From positions 32,001 to 96,000 of IMG/VR virus record IMGVR_UViG_3300008267_000007: 64,000 nucleotides of DNA; one strand, given 5' to 3'. The notes beneath the pieces were generated by a model. It was not told the DNA's origin and did no database searches. It was given only the letters and a program-made list of their open reading frames with translations. The position numbers and the translations under genes are program-made. Numbering within the stretch: position 1 is the first letter of the stretch; every line of letters starts with the position of its first letter. Below are positions 1 to 8,804 of this stretch, one piece after another. The stretch is from a virus.

Positions 1-60
1 AAGTTTGGCAATCTAACTTACCTTTCGTATATTTATTTATATAATTTAAAAATATAAAAC

Positions 61-402
61 ATGAATAATAACTTTAATTTAAAACAATTCCTTGCTGAAG
101 GGAAATTATTAAAAGAAGAACAAGAAGGAAATATTACTGAATCTGAAAAAAAATTATACGGTATTGAAAAAAATTATTCACCATATGAATTTGGACCATT
201 TACATATGAAGAAGCTAAAGCTAAAGCTCAACAGTATATGAGTGAAGATCCTTATAGTATGTTTCAACCTAGACTATATAACGATATGCGTGATGAATTG
301 CCTGCTAATGAGAGAATGGGTATGCCTATTATAGATAAAGATGGCAATCTTTATGATACTGATAGTACACCTTTTAGTCAAGGTGATTTAGCAGATTACT
401 AA
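61..402 (+). CDS. Hypothetical protein with FNLKQFLAEGKLLKE leader (putative virion internal protein)
   Basis: ORF track; leader identical to that of ORF 1178. Confidence 0.75.
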   Translation: MNNNFNLKQFLAEGKLLKEEQEGNITESEKKLYGIEKNYSPYEFGPFTYEEAKAKAQQYMSEDPYSMFQPRLYNDMRDELPANERMGMPIIDKDGNLYDTDSTPFSQGDLADY

Positions 403-417
403 ATTAAATCTCTTTAC

Positions 418-475
418 ATACAAACTAATTTGGCTCCCGTAGGGAGCCTTATTACATTTCAATAAAAAATTATGG
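418..475 (+). repeat. 58-bp exact direct repeat, copy 1 (palindrome promoter plus start codon)
   Basis: ATACAAACTAATTTGGCTCCCGTAGGGAGCC...AAATTATGG identical to 1555-1612. Confidence 0.95.
429..460 (+). promoter_or_regulatory. Palindrome-containing promoter TTTGGCTCC-N5-GGAGCCTT..TACATTT
   Basis: GGCTCCC-GTA-GGGAGCC (432-448) between TTTG and TACATTTC; 7 copies in the window. Confidence 0.7.
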
Positions 476-1119
476 CTAGAGCCGCGAAGATATATAGCAA
501 AGAAGATTTACTTCGTGCTATGAAAGTTACAAAATCAATTAGAGCAGCAGCACGATATCTTAATTGTTCATACCAACATATTAAACCTTACTTTAAATCA
601 TATCGAATAGATGATAGTGATATAAATTCACCTACACTATTCGATCTACATAAAAACCAATTAGGAAAAGGCATCCCTAAATTTCTAAAACATCATGGTA
701 AGGAACCTGATTTAAAGAAAATATTAAATGGTGAGTTATACACTGAATCATTCAGTATAGATAAATTCAAACGTCGTTTAATTCAAGAAGCTATATTAGC
801 TGAGGAATGTACATGCTGTGGATTCAAAGAGCAACGAGTATCAGATTATCGAGTACCATTACTAATTAATTTTAAGGATTATAATAAACGTAATTGGAAA
901 CAAGACAATTTAGAATTCCTTTGCTATAACTGCTACTTTTTGACTATAGGAGATGTATTTACTAAAAAACAAGAACAAGGTATAGAAGACTATATGGACG
1001 TTCCTAAAACACAACAAATAACATGGGAATTAGATAGTTATGCTGAAGAACACTTCAGGTCATTGGGTTTGATGGACGATGACGATAAAGAGGATGATTT
1101 TGTCTCTTATAATAAATAA
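472..1119 (+). CDS. HTH plus degenerate HNH/zinc-finger protein
   Basis: SIRAAARYLNCSY (HTH-like); CTCCG...INFKDYNKRNWKQDNLEFLCYNCY follows HNH spacing but lacks the His residues. Confidence 0.6.
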   Translation: MARAAKIYSKEDLLRAMKVTKSIRAAARYLNCSYQHIKPYFKSYRIDDSDINSPTLFDLHKNQLGKGIPKFLKHHGKEPDLKKILNGELYTESFSIDKFKRRLIQEAILAEECTCCGFKEQRVSDYRVPLLINFKDYNKRNWKQDNLEFLCYNCYFLTIGDVFTKKQEQGIEDYMDVPKTQQITWELDSYAEEHFRSLGLMDDDDKEDDFVSYNK

Positions 1120-1177
1120 ATTTGACAATCTAACTTTTATTTCGTATATTTATTTATATAATTTAAAAACATAAAAA

Positions 1178-1546
1178 ATGGAAAATACATTTAATTTAAA
1201 ACAATTTCTTGCTGAAGGTAAATTATTGAAAGAGAATACTTTAAAGAACGATATTGAAGACTTTAAAAATTCTATTGAAATTGATAATTATCAAAGATCT
1301 GATGATGATGATTATGAAGAGGCTGAGGCTGATTTAGAATTCTTTTTAGATATGTACCCTGAATATAAAGGTAGAGAAGAAGAAATTCAACAGATCTTAA
1401 ATTCTCCTTCAACTCTCTCTCCTAATGTTGCTCTCTCTAATAAAGAAGATATTAAAAATCAAATAAAAGACTTAACAACTAAGTATATGGCTGGGGATTC
1501 ATCAGTATTACCTCAATTAAAAGCTTTACAATCTAAATTAAGATAA
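1178..1546 (+). CDS. Hypothetical protein with FNLKQFLAEGKLLKE leader
   Basis: Leader shared with ORF 61; C-terminal YMAGDSSVLPQLK resembles ORF 56868. Confidence 0.75.
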   Translation: MENTFNLKQFLAEGKLLKENTLKNDIEDFKNSIEIDNYQRSDDDDYEEAEADLEFFLDMYPEYKGREEEIQQILNSPSTLSPNVALSNKEDIKNQIKDLTTKYMAGDSSVLPQLKALQSKLR

Positions 1547-1554
1547 AAGTTTAT

Positions 1555-1612
1555 ATACAAACTAATTTGGCTCCCGTAGGGAGCCTTATTACATTTCAAT
1601 AAAAAATTATGG
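1555..1612 (+). repeat. 58-bp exact direct repeat, copy 2
   Basis: Identical to 418-475. Confidence 0.95.
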
Positions 1613-1992
1613 AATATAGTACTTTTATAAAGTTAATAATAACTAACAAAAAAATTGGAGAAAACATGCATAATTTATATCAAGTTGGAGTAGATATGTT
1701 TGAATCCAAATATGCTGTAGCGGAACATATATCTTCAATGTTTAATGCTTCTCTTGAGTCACACTATAACCAAGAGGGAATTGATTGGGTATCATGGTTC
1801 ATGTATGAAAATGAATATGGTCAAGCCGATTGGAGTAAATGCCCCAGTTATAAAACTGATGATAATGGAAACATGGTTCTAGACAAAGAAGCAGGCGAAA
1901 TTAGATATGGAGCATACGATAAAGAAGGTAACCCAATTGCCTTTAGTTATGAGTCACTATATGAACTTTTAGAAAAAGATTATAAATTGTAG
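1609..1992 (+). CDS. Hypothetical protein
   Basis: ORF directly after palindrome promoter. Confidence 0.75.
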   Translation: MEYSTFIKLIITNKKIGENMHNLYQVGVDMFESKYAVAEHISSMFNASLESHYNQEGIDWVSWFMYENEYGQADWSKCPSYKTDDNGNMVLDKEAGEIRYGAYDKEGNPIAFSYESLYELLEKDYKL

Positions 1993-2037
1993 GATAATAA
2001 ATTTATCTTTCGTATATTTAGGTATAAATAAGAAATT

Positions 2038-2394
2038 ATGGCAAAAGGTAGACCTATTGAAAACGACGATGTTATAAAGATCTATACTCAAGAGTTTAGA
2101 GACCATACAGGTGAAACTTTTACTTGGGAATGGGATAAAACCCAATTCAAAAACGGACCATTAAGTGTTGAAGTTAAAGACCCAACTTGGACCACATTTG
2201 ACAAGAAGGAAAAACAATTAGCAGCTTTATTATCCAAATATGAATCAAATGGTAAAGAACGTAAACAACGTATTACTAAAGCTGATAAATTGGAAATTGA
2301 AACCCTAGAAAGTGAAATAAATGAAATGTGGTATAATAATTTTCCAGAGGATAGACCAAAAGTTAGAAAACAACGAACTTCTAAAACTAAATAA
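2038..2394 (+). CDS. Hypothetical protein
   Basis: ORF after promoter at 2010. Confidence 0.75.
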   Translation: MAKGRPIENDDVIKIYTQEFRDHTGETFTWEWDKTQFKNGPLSVEVKDPTWTTFDKKEKQLAALLSKYESNGKERKQRITKADKLEIETLESEINEMWYNNFPEDRPKVRKQRTSKTK

Positions 2395-2708
2395 TGAAAG
2401 CTAAAAAACTTAAAATGCGAGATATGGATTCGGTATTAGAATATACTGAAAATAATCCTAAAATTCTCCATGATCAAACTTATAATATGTTAAGTAAAGC
2501 TTGGAATAAAAGGAATAAAATATCAATGATTACTTTATTTGCTATAGAGTTAACTCACGATGAAGATTTAGATCAAGCTATCCTAACCATTGATGAACAT
2601 GAATGGGAAAAAGCTTTAGAGTTAGGATTAAAGTATTATGAAAGCATAGAAGATTATGAACAATGTTCAAAAGTAAATAATTTATTAATATCAATTAAAA
2701 ACAATTAA
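2394..2708 (+). CDS. Hypothetical protein with C-terminal UVR-like motif
   Basis: YYESIEDYEQCSKV resembles the UvrB/C (EDYExAA) hairpin; TAATG coupling. Confidence 0.55.
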   Translation: MKAKKLKMRDMDSVLEYTENNPKILHDQTYNMLSKAWNKRNKISMITLFAIELTHDEDLDQAILTIDEHEWEKALELGLKYYESIEDYEQCSKVNNLLISIKNN

Positions 2709-2712
2709 GATT

Positions 2713-2919
2713 ATGGCCTATTTTTTAACAAGTGTAGAAATCGTTGATATGAGCGATAAAGGTAAACAAACAAAAATGAGAGAACAATATTTAGTAGACG
2801 CAGTAAGTGTTACGGATGCAGAAGTAAAAGTTACAAAAATGTTTGAAGATGAAGGAATGTCAACAGACTTCCAAGTAAAAAGTGTTAAGGAAACAAAAAT
2901 ACTTCAAGTAATAGAATAA
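2713..2919 (+). CDS. DUF4494-like protein
   Basis: EQYLVDAVSVTDAEVKV...FQVKSVKETKI resembles the Bacteroidota DUF4494 family. Confidence 0.65.
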   Translation: MAYFLTSVEIVDMSDKGKQTKMREQYLVDAVSVTDAEVKVTKMFEDEGMSTDFQVKSVKETKILQVIE

Positions 2920-2978
2920 TTCTACCCTGCCCTCCATACTTACATCCGTATATACTAACCTATGTATAATTACATTCT

Positions 2979-3248
2979 ATGAAACAGCTATTCCAATACC
3001 ATGATACACTATATTTAGTAGTTAGGGCAATGCCTATACATCAATTTCACGATAAAACCGGCGTATTCAATAATGAAAAATTAAAAGCATGGAAGGAGTG
3101 GTTAGGATGTGATCATGTATTAAAACACAATGAGATGTACTTGTTTGTAGAGACAATACCGGAATATGAGTTTGAAGAATTACCCCAATGGGATGAAGAA
3201 CACGCATTAGATTTGGTTTTAAATAATATATTAGAAGAAAATGAATAA
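2979..3248 (+). CDS. Hypothetical protein
   Basis: ORF track. Confidence 0.7.
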   Translation: MKQLFQYHDTLYLVVRAMPIHQFHDKTGVFNNEKLKAWKEWLGCDHVLKHNEMYLFVETIPEYEFEELPQWDEEHALDLVLNNILEENE

Positions 3249-3289
3249 TAGTTTTGGTGTGTTCCTTGGATTTACATATATTTATTATC

Positions 3290-3856
3290 ATGGAACCGAC
3301 AATAATATATTATTTACACAATGGGAATGAAGTTCCATTTTACGTAGGAAAAACCAATAAGTTAAGTTTTAGAATTGGTCATCATAGAAAAACCTATGGT
3401 AATAACATTCAAATGGAAGTATTAGATATTGTAGATACAGATAATTGGGTATTTTGGGAACGTTATTGGATATCTCAATTTAAAACATGGGGTTTTAATC
3501 TAACTAATGCTAATGATGGGGGTGGTGGGTTAACTAAATGTGATTTCGGACCTGAACGTGGGAAGAAAATTTCCCAATCAAGTAAGGGTCAATCTCGAAG
3601 TAATAAAGGTAAACCCTTCACCGAAGAGCATAAAGCTAAAATTAAAGCCAAACGGGGCCATCTTAAAGAAAGAAAAAATACTTGGACTTTAATTCAAGTA
3701 ATTCAATTAGATTTAGAAGGTAATTTTATTAAAGAATGGGAATCACAAACACAAGCCCAACTTTATTTTAATAAACCTAATAGTGATGGAGTAGGGGCAT
3801 GCTGTAGGGGAGAACAAAAAACCGCTTACGGTTACAAATGGAAATTTAAAAATTAA
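3290..3856 (+). CDS. GIY-YIG homing endonuclease with NUMOD3/NUMOD1 DNA-binding motifs
   Basis: IYYL..FYVGKT, ERYWI..LTN; KPFTEEHKAKI; QLDLEGNFIKEW...CCRGEQKTAYGYKW. Start moved to ATG 3290. Confidence 0.85.
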   Translation: MEPTIIYYLHNGNEVPFYVGKTNKLSFRIGHHRKTYGNNIQMEVLDIVDTDNWVFWERYWISQFKTWGFNLTNANDGGGGLTKCDFGPERGKKISQSSKGQSRSNKGKPFTEEHKAKIKAKRGHLKERKNTWTLIQVIQLDLEGNFIKEWESQTQAQLYFNKPNSDGVGACCRGEQKTAYGYKWKFKN

Positions 3857-3862
3857 ATAAAT

Positions 3863-4114
3863 ATGAAAACAGTATTGAAATACGGAGGTACCTGGTGCGG
3901 ACCTTGCAAAGTTTATGCTCCTAAATTTGAACAAATTAAAAATGAAATGAACGGTATAAAATTTGAATCCATAGATGTTGATTCAGGTGATCCAAGAATA
4001 TTGGAGCATGGGATTAGAAACGTTCCAACTACAGTAGTAATTGATGAGAAAGGAAACGTTCGTAAGCAAACTGGGGTGATGAATGTAGATCAATTGAGAG
4101 CATTTATTGGATAA
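3863..4114 (+). CDS. Thioredoxin
   Basis: WCGPC active site, IRNVPT cis-Pro motif. Confidence 0.92.
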   Translation: MKTVLKYGGTWCGPCKVYAPKFEQIKNEMNGIKFESIDVDSGDPRILEHGIRNVPTTVVIDEKGNVRKQTGVMNVDQLRAFIG

Positions 4115-4138
4115 AATAAAATTTATATATACAAATTA

Positions 4139-4172
4139 GGCTCCCTTTGGGAGCCTTCGTATATTTAAGTAT
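4139..4172 (+). promoter_or_regulatory. Hybrid promoter: GGCTCC-N5-GGAGCC palindrome fused to TCGTATATTTAAGT
   Basis: GGCTCCCTTTGGGAGCCTTCGTATATTTAAGTAT. Confidence 0.7.
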
Positions 4173-4193
4173 AGAAATGGAAAAATAAAAGTT

Positions 4194-4667
4194 ATGGTAG
4201 ATTTAAGAAATTGCAAGCCTGGTGACAAATTAATATCAAAACATGGTTTAGTATTAGAGTACGTACGTCCGTTACCTGAGGATGGTTATATGGATCATGA
4301 GGTAAGGTATCCTGACGAAGCTCCTTACAAAGGTAGTATAGGAACTAGAACTCACGAGGGATACGTGATGAGAAGGAAGAGACTTGAAGAGGATCATGAT
4401 ATTGTAAGAATAGTTAGTAGTGAAGTTATGAAAGTAGAAACACTTGAAGAAGCTGCTGAAAGTTATATACCACAGTCAAGTAGATGGACTTTGAAAGAAA
4501 TTTTTATTGATGGTGCTAAATGGCAACAAGAAAGAAGTTATAGTGAGGAAGATATGGAAAAAGCTATTAAATTTGGAGCTGATGGAATGTATGGTTGGCA
4601 AATGGGAGAAGAAGGATACTATGTTAATCAAGTAAAAAGATTTTTAGAAACATTTAAAAAGAAATAG
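4194..4667 (+). CDS. Hypothetical two-module phage protein
   Basis: ORF track; C-terminal TLEEAAE...FIDGAKWQQE module. Confidence 0.7.
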   Translation: MVDLRNCKPGDKLISKHGLVLEYVRPLPEDGYMDHEVRYPDEAPYKGSIGTRTHEGYVMRRKRLEEDHDIVRIVSSEVMKVETLEEAAESYIPQSSRWTLKEIFIDGAKWQQERSYSEEDMEKAIKFGADGMYGWQMGEEGYYVNQVKRFLETFKKK

Positions 4668-4671
4668 TACT

Positions 4672-4863
4672 ATGGACTTTAGAACAGAACTATCAAAATG
4701 GGGTTACAATAAAGGTGACTCAATTGATGTTGATATATTGGTTAATGAAATACTACCAAGTTTATTTTCTCAACAAGAGAAAATATGTGATTCAGAAGTG
4801 ATCCAAAGAATTAGAGCAAGTAAGTCTGACGCAGAAGCCAGAAGAATTATTAGAACAATTTAA
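4672..4863 (+). CDS. Hypothetical protein
   Basis: ORF track, operonic spacing. Confidence 0.65.
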   Translation: MDFRTELSKWGYNKGDSIDVDILVNEILPSLFSQQEKICDSEVIQRIRASKSDAEARRIIRTI

Positions 4864-4876
4864 AAAGAAATAAGTT

Positions 4877-5068
4877 ATGACAGTAGGAGAAATAATGCAA
4901 GCCTTAATTATGGCTGAGGATTACAACAAAGTAAGAGTAAATGTATCTGATGAATTTATTAATATGGCTAAGGCTATGTTAGGGGATTTTGTATACATTA
5001 AGGAAAAAGAAGAAAAGTACCAGAAGGTGGTACAAGTTCTTGCAGACGCCGGAATTAAATTAAAATAA
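4877..5068 (+). CDS. Hypothetical protein
   Basis: ORF track, AAGTTATG start context. Confidence 0.65.
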   Translation: MTVGEIMQALIMAEDYNKVRVNVSDEFINMAKAMLGDFVYIKEKEEKYQKVVQVLADAGIKLK

Positions 5069-5071
5069 AGC

Positions 5072-5368
5072 ATGGGAAAAGAAACATTATCAGATTTCAT
5101 TAGAAGGATCTATTTAGAGAGGGCATCAGAGATGCCAGCACTTAGTGCTATGGACTTTGAAGATGCAATCTATTTAGGAGTACAATGGCAGAAGGATCAA
5201 ACCGAGATGGAGGCTAAGGAACTAATTAAACAGTACACAGCTAATCTCAATAGAGTAGAAGTTATAGATTATAGTAAAGGGGGAAGAGCATACACCAACT
5301 ATAGTGTGAGGGGTGTTCAAATATCATTTCAGGATAAAGGAGAGACATTAAAAGTGTTTGTAAAATAA
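5072..5368 (+). CDS. Hypothetical protein
   Basis: ORF track. Confidence 0.65.
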   Translation: MGKETLSDFIRRIYLERASEMPALSAMDFEDAIYLGVQWQKDQTEMEAKELIKQYTANLNRVEVIDYSKGGRAYTNYSVRGVQISFQDKGETLKVFVK

Positions 5369-5377
5369 TTATAAATT

Positions 5378-5644
5378 ATGGAGAAAACCGGAAATACTGA
5401 ATCGTTAAAGTATGATTTTAATACTGCTTCAAATTTAGAGGTTTTTATGCCTAATTTAGATGGTTGGTATAGAGTTACTTCAAGGGAATTTAGATCATTT
5501 AATGGTAAACGACGTATCAATAGTGAACCATATAGTGGTAAAACATACTATTATGCTACAAATAGAATTGCAGACTTGTCTATATCAGAACCCGATAAAA
5601 TAGTAGAACATAATTGGAAAAGTGTTAGGAGACCTGGTGATTAA
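5378..5644 (+). CDS. Hypothetical protein
   Basis: ORF track. Confidence 0.65.
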   Translation: MEKTGNTESLKYDFNTASNLEVFMPNLDGWYRVTSREFRSFNGKRRINSEPYSGKTYYYATNRIADLSISEPDKIVEHNWKSVRRPGD

Positions 5645-5681
5645 TTCGTATATTTAAGTATTAATAATAAAAACGGAGGTT

Positions 5682-5813
5682 ATGAAAATTATTTACATGG
5701 AATGTACTTTAGCTCTACTTGCAGGTATTAACCCAATTATGGTTGAAGAATTATCTAAACAGGGTAAATTGAAACAAAATGAAATTACAAGGTATTTAGT
5801 AATTGAAGATTAG
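5682..5813 (+). CDS. Small hypothetical protein (43 aa, not in ORF track)
   Basis: Own promoter (5646) and GGTTATG start; MKIIYMECTL...IED. Confidence 0.6.
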   Translation: MKIIYMECTLALLAGINPIMVEELSKQGKLKQNEITRYLVIED

Positions 5814-5866
5814 GTTTATTAAAATAGATTTCGTATATTCAAGTATAATAAGTAAAAATAAAAGTT

Positions 5867-6481
5867 ATGGAAGTAAAAATTTACAGAGAACCAGAAAATG
5901 AGTCTCTAATTTTAGATGAAGTTCAATTAGCAGAGTACAATTCAATAGCTCTAGAGCTTGGTCTCGCTACACATGAAAATGTAGAAGCCGAAAATGTACC
6001 TAATGTTTATATCAGTCTTAATACCGCTATGGAGAAACAGCTTAAAGCTATTTGTCCTATGAAAGTAGATGCTGCTGAATATAAAAAGTCAACTATCCCA
6101 TTGGAGGTACTGAAAGTATATAAATTCTGTAAAGACAATAATATGTTTGATGGGTATCATATTTGGTATAATGATGTTGATCCTGATCCAATGTTAATAG
6201 GTTGGAATTGGAAATCAGAAAATGACAAGAAAAACAATTACACATGGTGTATAAACAGGTTCTTAATTGCTCGTTGGGGAGATTGTGCATTAGAACTTCC
6301 TGAATTACTTGAATTAGGTTTTCAAAAAATGAAACAAGAAGTATTAGACAAAGCACAGTCTGCAATAGATAAATGTAATGCAGTTTTATCTAATCCAGAC
6401 CTTCACATTAGAAAGATATTAAGTAATACAACTGATTCGGATATTACATTACAAATTAACTCATCAGGAACAATTTATTAA
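5867..6481 (+). CDS. Hypothetical protein
   Basis: ORF with own promoter. Confidence 0.8.
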   Translation: MEVKIYREPENESLILDEVQLAEYNSIALELGLATHENVEAENVPNVYISLNTAMEKQLKAICPMKVDAAEYKKSTIPLEVLKVYKFCKDNNMFDGYHIWYNDVDPDPMLIGWNWKSENDKKNNYTWCINRFLIARWGDCALELPELLELGFQKMKQEVLDKAQSAIDKCNAVLSNPDLHIRKILSNTTDSDITLQINSSGTIY

Positions 6482-6482
6482 A

Positions 6483-6677
6483 ATGGAAAAATTAGGAGTA
6501 TTTTTAGGGGCAATTGGGGTATTAATATTAACAGCGGTATTATTAGCTTTGCCTGTACAATGGCTTTGGAATGAATGCTTAGTAGGGGCAGTAGAGGGAG
6601 TTCATGAAATTAGATTTTGGCAGGCCTTAGGAATTACATTTTTGTTCAACATGTTGTTTAAACCAAATAATAAATAA
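6483..6677 (+). CDS. Small membrane protein
   Basis: Two hydrophobic segments; WLWN...FWQALG. Confidence 0.7.
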   Translation: MEKLGVFLGAIGVLILTAVLLALPVQWLWNECLVGAVEGVHEIRFWQALGITFLFNMLFKPNNK

Positions 6678-6680
6678 GAT

Positions 6681-6863
6681 ATGACAGGAAATTATTATCA
6701 AGTAGTATTAAAAACAGGTAAAACTCACCCTTCACTTTATGTTAACATTCAAACTGCTATTAAAAAGGTAGGAGCAGAAAATATAAAGCAGATTAAGGAA
6801 ATTAGAAGAGAATTAGTGGACACTAAATACACTGAGATTGTTGGTACAGTAAATATAGATTAA
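6681..6863 (+). CDS. Hypothetical protein
   Basis: ORF track. Confidence 0.6.
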   Translation: MTGNYYQVVLKTGKTHPSLYVNIQTAIKKVGAENIKQIKEIRRELVDTKYTEIVGTVNID

Positions 6864-6924
6864 TTTGGCTTTATAATTTTTAATTCGTATATTCAAGTAT
6901 TAATAATTAAAAACAATAAAGGTT

Positions 6925-7095
6925 ATGATTTACTATGAAGGGTATAAGATATCATTAAATGATTATAATTATGATAATGGCTTACATACTAAATATGTAT
7001 TTTACAACATAGATAACAGTGATGATCCACATTTACATGGTACAGGGATGAGTGTTGAAGATTGTGAAAAACAAATAGACGAACTAATATGGTAA
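6925..7095 (+). CDS. Small hypothetical protein (56 aa, not in ORF track)
   Basis: Promoter 6885, AAAGGTTATG start; overlaps ligase start. Confidence 0.6.
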   Translation: MIYYEGYKISLNDYNYDNGLHTKYVFYNIDNSDDPHLHGTGMSVEDCEKQIDELIW

Positions 7096-8216
7096 AAGTA
7101 TTCCCAACATTATATAAACGTTCTAATAGTAAAGAACATATCAATCAATGGCAAATTGAAGTTGATGGAGATAGTTTTAGAACCACAACTGGATTTGTTA
7201 ATATGAAGCAATTCACTGGTGACTGGACTAAATGTGAGCCTAAAAATATAGGTAAAAAGAATTCTACAACTTCTGAAGAGCAAGCGTTATTTGAAGCCAA
7301 TGCTATGTTTACTAAACGTAAAGATTTAGGTTATTGGGAAGATATTAATAATTGTGATAAGAAGGTGTTTTTTACACCAATGTTAGCACAAGATTATGAT
7401 AAACGTAAAGATAAGGTTAAATTTCCAATCCTATCACAACCTAAACTAGATGGTATTAGATGTGTAGTCAAATCTGATGGGATGTGGACTAGAAATGGTA
7501 AAGAAATTATATCTGCACCTCATGTGTATGAAAATTTAAAGCATATATTTGATTTACAACCTGACCTAGTATTAGACGGTGAATTGTATACTTCAAATAA
7601 GGACGTTGATTTTAACACTATTATTTCATGTGTTAGAAAAACTAAACCAACACAAGCTGATTTGGATTTGTCTGCTCAATATATTGAGTATTGGATGTAT
7701 GATATGTTAGATCCTAATGAAGTTGATTATGGTTATGAAGGGAGATGTGAAAATTTATTTGATTTAAAACGAGAATTTAATTTAGACCCGTTTATTTATA
7801 AAGTAATTGCAACTTATGAATTACCTGATGCTAAACAGGTAAATGAACAGTTAAGTCATTATATTGAACAAGGGTTTGAAGGTCAAATATTAAGAGACCC
7901 AAATTCATTATATGAAAATAAACGTTCCAATGGTTTATTAAAACATAAAACATTCCATGATGATGAGTTTAAGATATTATCAGTTAATGAAGGAGTAGGT
8001 AAATTTGCTAACAAAGCCGCTACTATGTCATTCCAAACACCAGAAGGAGTTAAATTTGACTCAACTATTAATGGTACAATGGAGTATTTAGAAGAAATAT
8101 GGGCCATTAAGGATCAATTAATAGGTAAGTTAGCAACTGTTAAGTATTTTGAAAAAACAACTGATGGTTCATTAAGATTTCCTAAAGTTATTCAAATAGA
8201 TCGTTTGGATATGTAA
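7089..8216 (+). CDS. lig: ATP-dependent DNA ligase
   Basis: Motif I KLDGIR, LDGELY, GFEGQILR, YENKRS..LLKHK, C-terminal OB fold SLRFP. Confidence 0.95.
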   Translation: MVKVFPTLYKRSNSKEHINQWQIEVDGDSFRTTTGFVNMKQFTGDWTKCEPKNIGKKNSTTSEEQALFEANAMFTKRKDLGYWEDINNCDKKVFFTPMLAQDYDKRKDKVKFPILSQPKLDGIRCVVKSDGMWTRNGKEIISAPHVYENLKHIFDLQPDLVLDGELYTSNKDVDFNTIISCVRKTKPTQADLDLSAQYIEYWMYDMLDPNEVDYGYEGRCENLFDLKREFNLDPFIYKVIATYELPDAKQVNEQLSHYIEQGFEGQILRDPNSLYENKRSNGLLKHKTFHDDEFKILSVNEGVGKFANKAATMSFQTPEGVKFDSTINGTMEYLEEIWAIKDQLIGKLATVKYFEKTTDGSLRFPKVIQIDRLDM

Positions 8217-8254
8217 AATATATTTCGTATATTTAAGTGTTAAAAAGATATGAT

Positions 8255-8332
8255 ATGAAAAATTTAAAAGACTTTAGTTTAGCAATGTTATTATGGTTAG
8301 CATTTTATTTAGGAGCAATGCTGCTAATGTAA
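8255..8332 (+). CDS. 25-aa hydrophobic micropeptide
   Basis: MKNLKDFSLAMLLWLAFYLGAMLLM after promoter 8225. Confidence 0.5.
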   Translation: MKNLKDFSLAMLLWLAFYLGAMLLM

Positions 8333-8339
8333 TTAAAAT

Positions 8340-8429
8340 AGTCAGGTGGTGAAATGGTAAACACATGGTAGGCACTGTCCCCATATAGGTGAGAAACCTT
8401 GACTACAGGTTCGAGTCCTGTCCTGACAA
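8340..8429 (+). ncRNA. tRNA-like RNA 1 (Leu-type body, disrupted anticodon arm)
   Basis: Acceptor (A)GTCAGG/CCTGAC(A); D arm GTG-AAATGGTAAA-CAC; variable arm AGGT-GAGAA-ACCT; T arm ACAGG-TTCGAGT-CCTGT; no 5bp+7nt anticodon arm. Confidence 0.75.
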
Positions 8430-8438
8430 CAAATACAA

Positions 8439-8560
8439 GGTTCCTGAGATAAAGGATTAACTTAGCACTAACTAACTAAATACTTAAACTCCAGCATAAA
8501 GGTTTGCGACCCCAGTTAGTGATGGTGGTGGAAAGATAGGTTCAACTCCTGTAGGGACTA
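8439..8560 (+). ncRNA. tRNA-like RNA 2 with 40-nt insert in place of the anticodon loop
   Basis: Acceptor GGTTCCT/AGGGACT; T arm ATAGG-TTCAACT-CCTGT; helix CACTAACT(8466-73)/AGTTAGTG(8514-21). Confidence 0.65.
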
Positions 8561-8569
8561 CTAAATAAA

Positions 8570-8659
8570 ACTCTATAAGATGTTATTGTCTCTAGTCTAG
8601 AATAGATTCAATGATACGATTCGTAGCTCCAAGGGTAGTGGCTTATAGAGTACCTGGAG
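8570..8659 (+). ncRNA. Candidate pseudoknotted structured RNA
   Basis: ACTCTATAAG/CTTATAGAGT; TGTTATTG/CAATGATA; CTCCA..GGTA/TACCTGGAG crosses the first helix. Confidence 0.45.
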
Positions 8660-8734
8660 ATCAAGTAAGTTAAAAAGGTATAACATTCTGTCGAAAGGCA
8701 GAAAGGGTTGCAGGTTCGAATCCTGTCTTGGTTG
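8659..8734 (+). ncRNA. tRNA-like RNA 3, anticodon arm closed as a 7-bp stem with GAAA tetraloop
   Basis: Acceptor GATCAAG/CTTGGTT; D arm GTT-AAAAAGGTAT-AAC; TTCTGTC-GAAA-GGCAGAA; T arm GCAGG-TTCGAAT-CCTGT. Confidence 0.75.
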
Positions 8735-8804
8735 CAAAAATAAAGAGAACCGTTATCTGCACCTTCGAGGTAGTAGAGAGCAGACGTCATACTTTATTTA
8801 AATT

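Noticed and set aside
8608-8790. 60-aa minus-strand ORF
   Set aside because: It is antisense to tRNA-like RNA 3 and has no coding features
8561-8800. HDV-like (theta) or hammerhead ribozymes in tRNA trailers
   Set aside because: No P3/L3 element or CUGAnGA/GAAA core could be placed on either strand
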